NCBI GenBank assembly: GCA_026770705.1
Contig: JANJGN010000014.1
Coordinates: 129,890,001-129,954,000, forward strand
Origin: Isurus oxyrinchus
Taxonomy: Eukaryota
Length of the DNA: 64,000 bases
Direction: 5' to 3'
Positions 63,826-64,000 of the stretch are shown in pieces. Position 1 is the first letter of the stretch. Each line of letters opens with the position of its first letter. Below the pieces are notes generated by a model. The model worked only from the letters and a program-made list of their open reading frames with translations, was not told where the DNA came from and did not search any database. The position numbers and the translations under genes are program-made.

Positions 63826-64000
63826 TGAGGTCTAATCTCCATTTCTATTTCATCTCCAAATACTGTTGACCCTCATGTAAAAAGAGAACATTCATTTATA
63901 TAGTGCCTTTCGTGACATCCAAAGCACTTTGCAGCTAATGAAGTACTTTTTTATTTATTTTTATGGACTTCACTGGCAAGGTTAGCATTCATTGCACACA

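Noticed and set aside
1-64000. CRISPR arrays, rRNA or prokaryotic operons
   Set aside because: No regularly spaced repeats or rRNA motifs. The sequence is eukaryotic and intron-like.

Overview
Repeat-rich vertebrate genomic DNA. The repeat content (CR1/L2 LINEs, DeuSINE-like SINEs, Penelope-like termini) suggests a cartilaginous fish, which is an inference. The only host gene I can support is the 3' end of glycophorin C (GYPC, + strand; coding exons 54314-54379 and 61472-61668); the rest is probably its upstream intron(s) or flank. The main result is two unrelated, decayed, non-autonomous Ty3/Gypsy LTR elements on the - strand (32204-38211 and 48636-51445). They have different LTRs, primer-binding sites and gag sequences, yet both carry homologous host-derived UACA-like coiled-coil sequence and lack RT, RNase H and the integrase core. 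The first also carries an intronless TPR (nuclear-basket) N-terminal coiled-coil fragment fused to the UACA part, plus a tRNA-Thr copy. Penelope-like termini with minimal hammerhead-ribozyme motifs, nested transposon insertions and a candidate alternative GYPC first exon are also reported. All protein identifications come from manual translation and recalled human sequences, not database searches.
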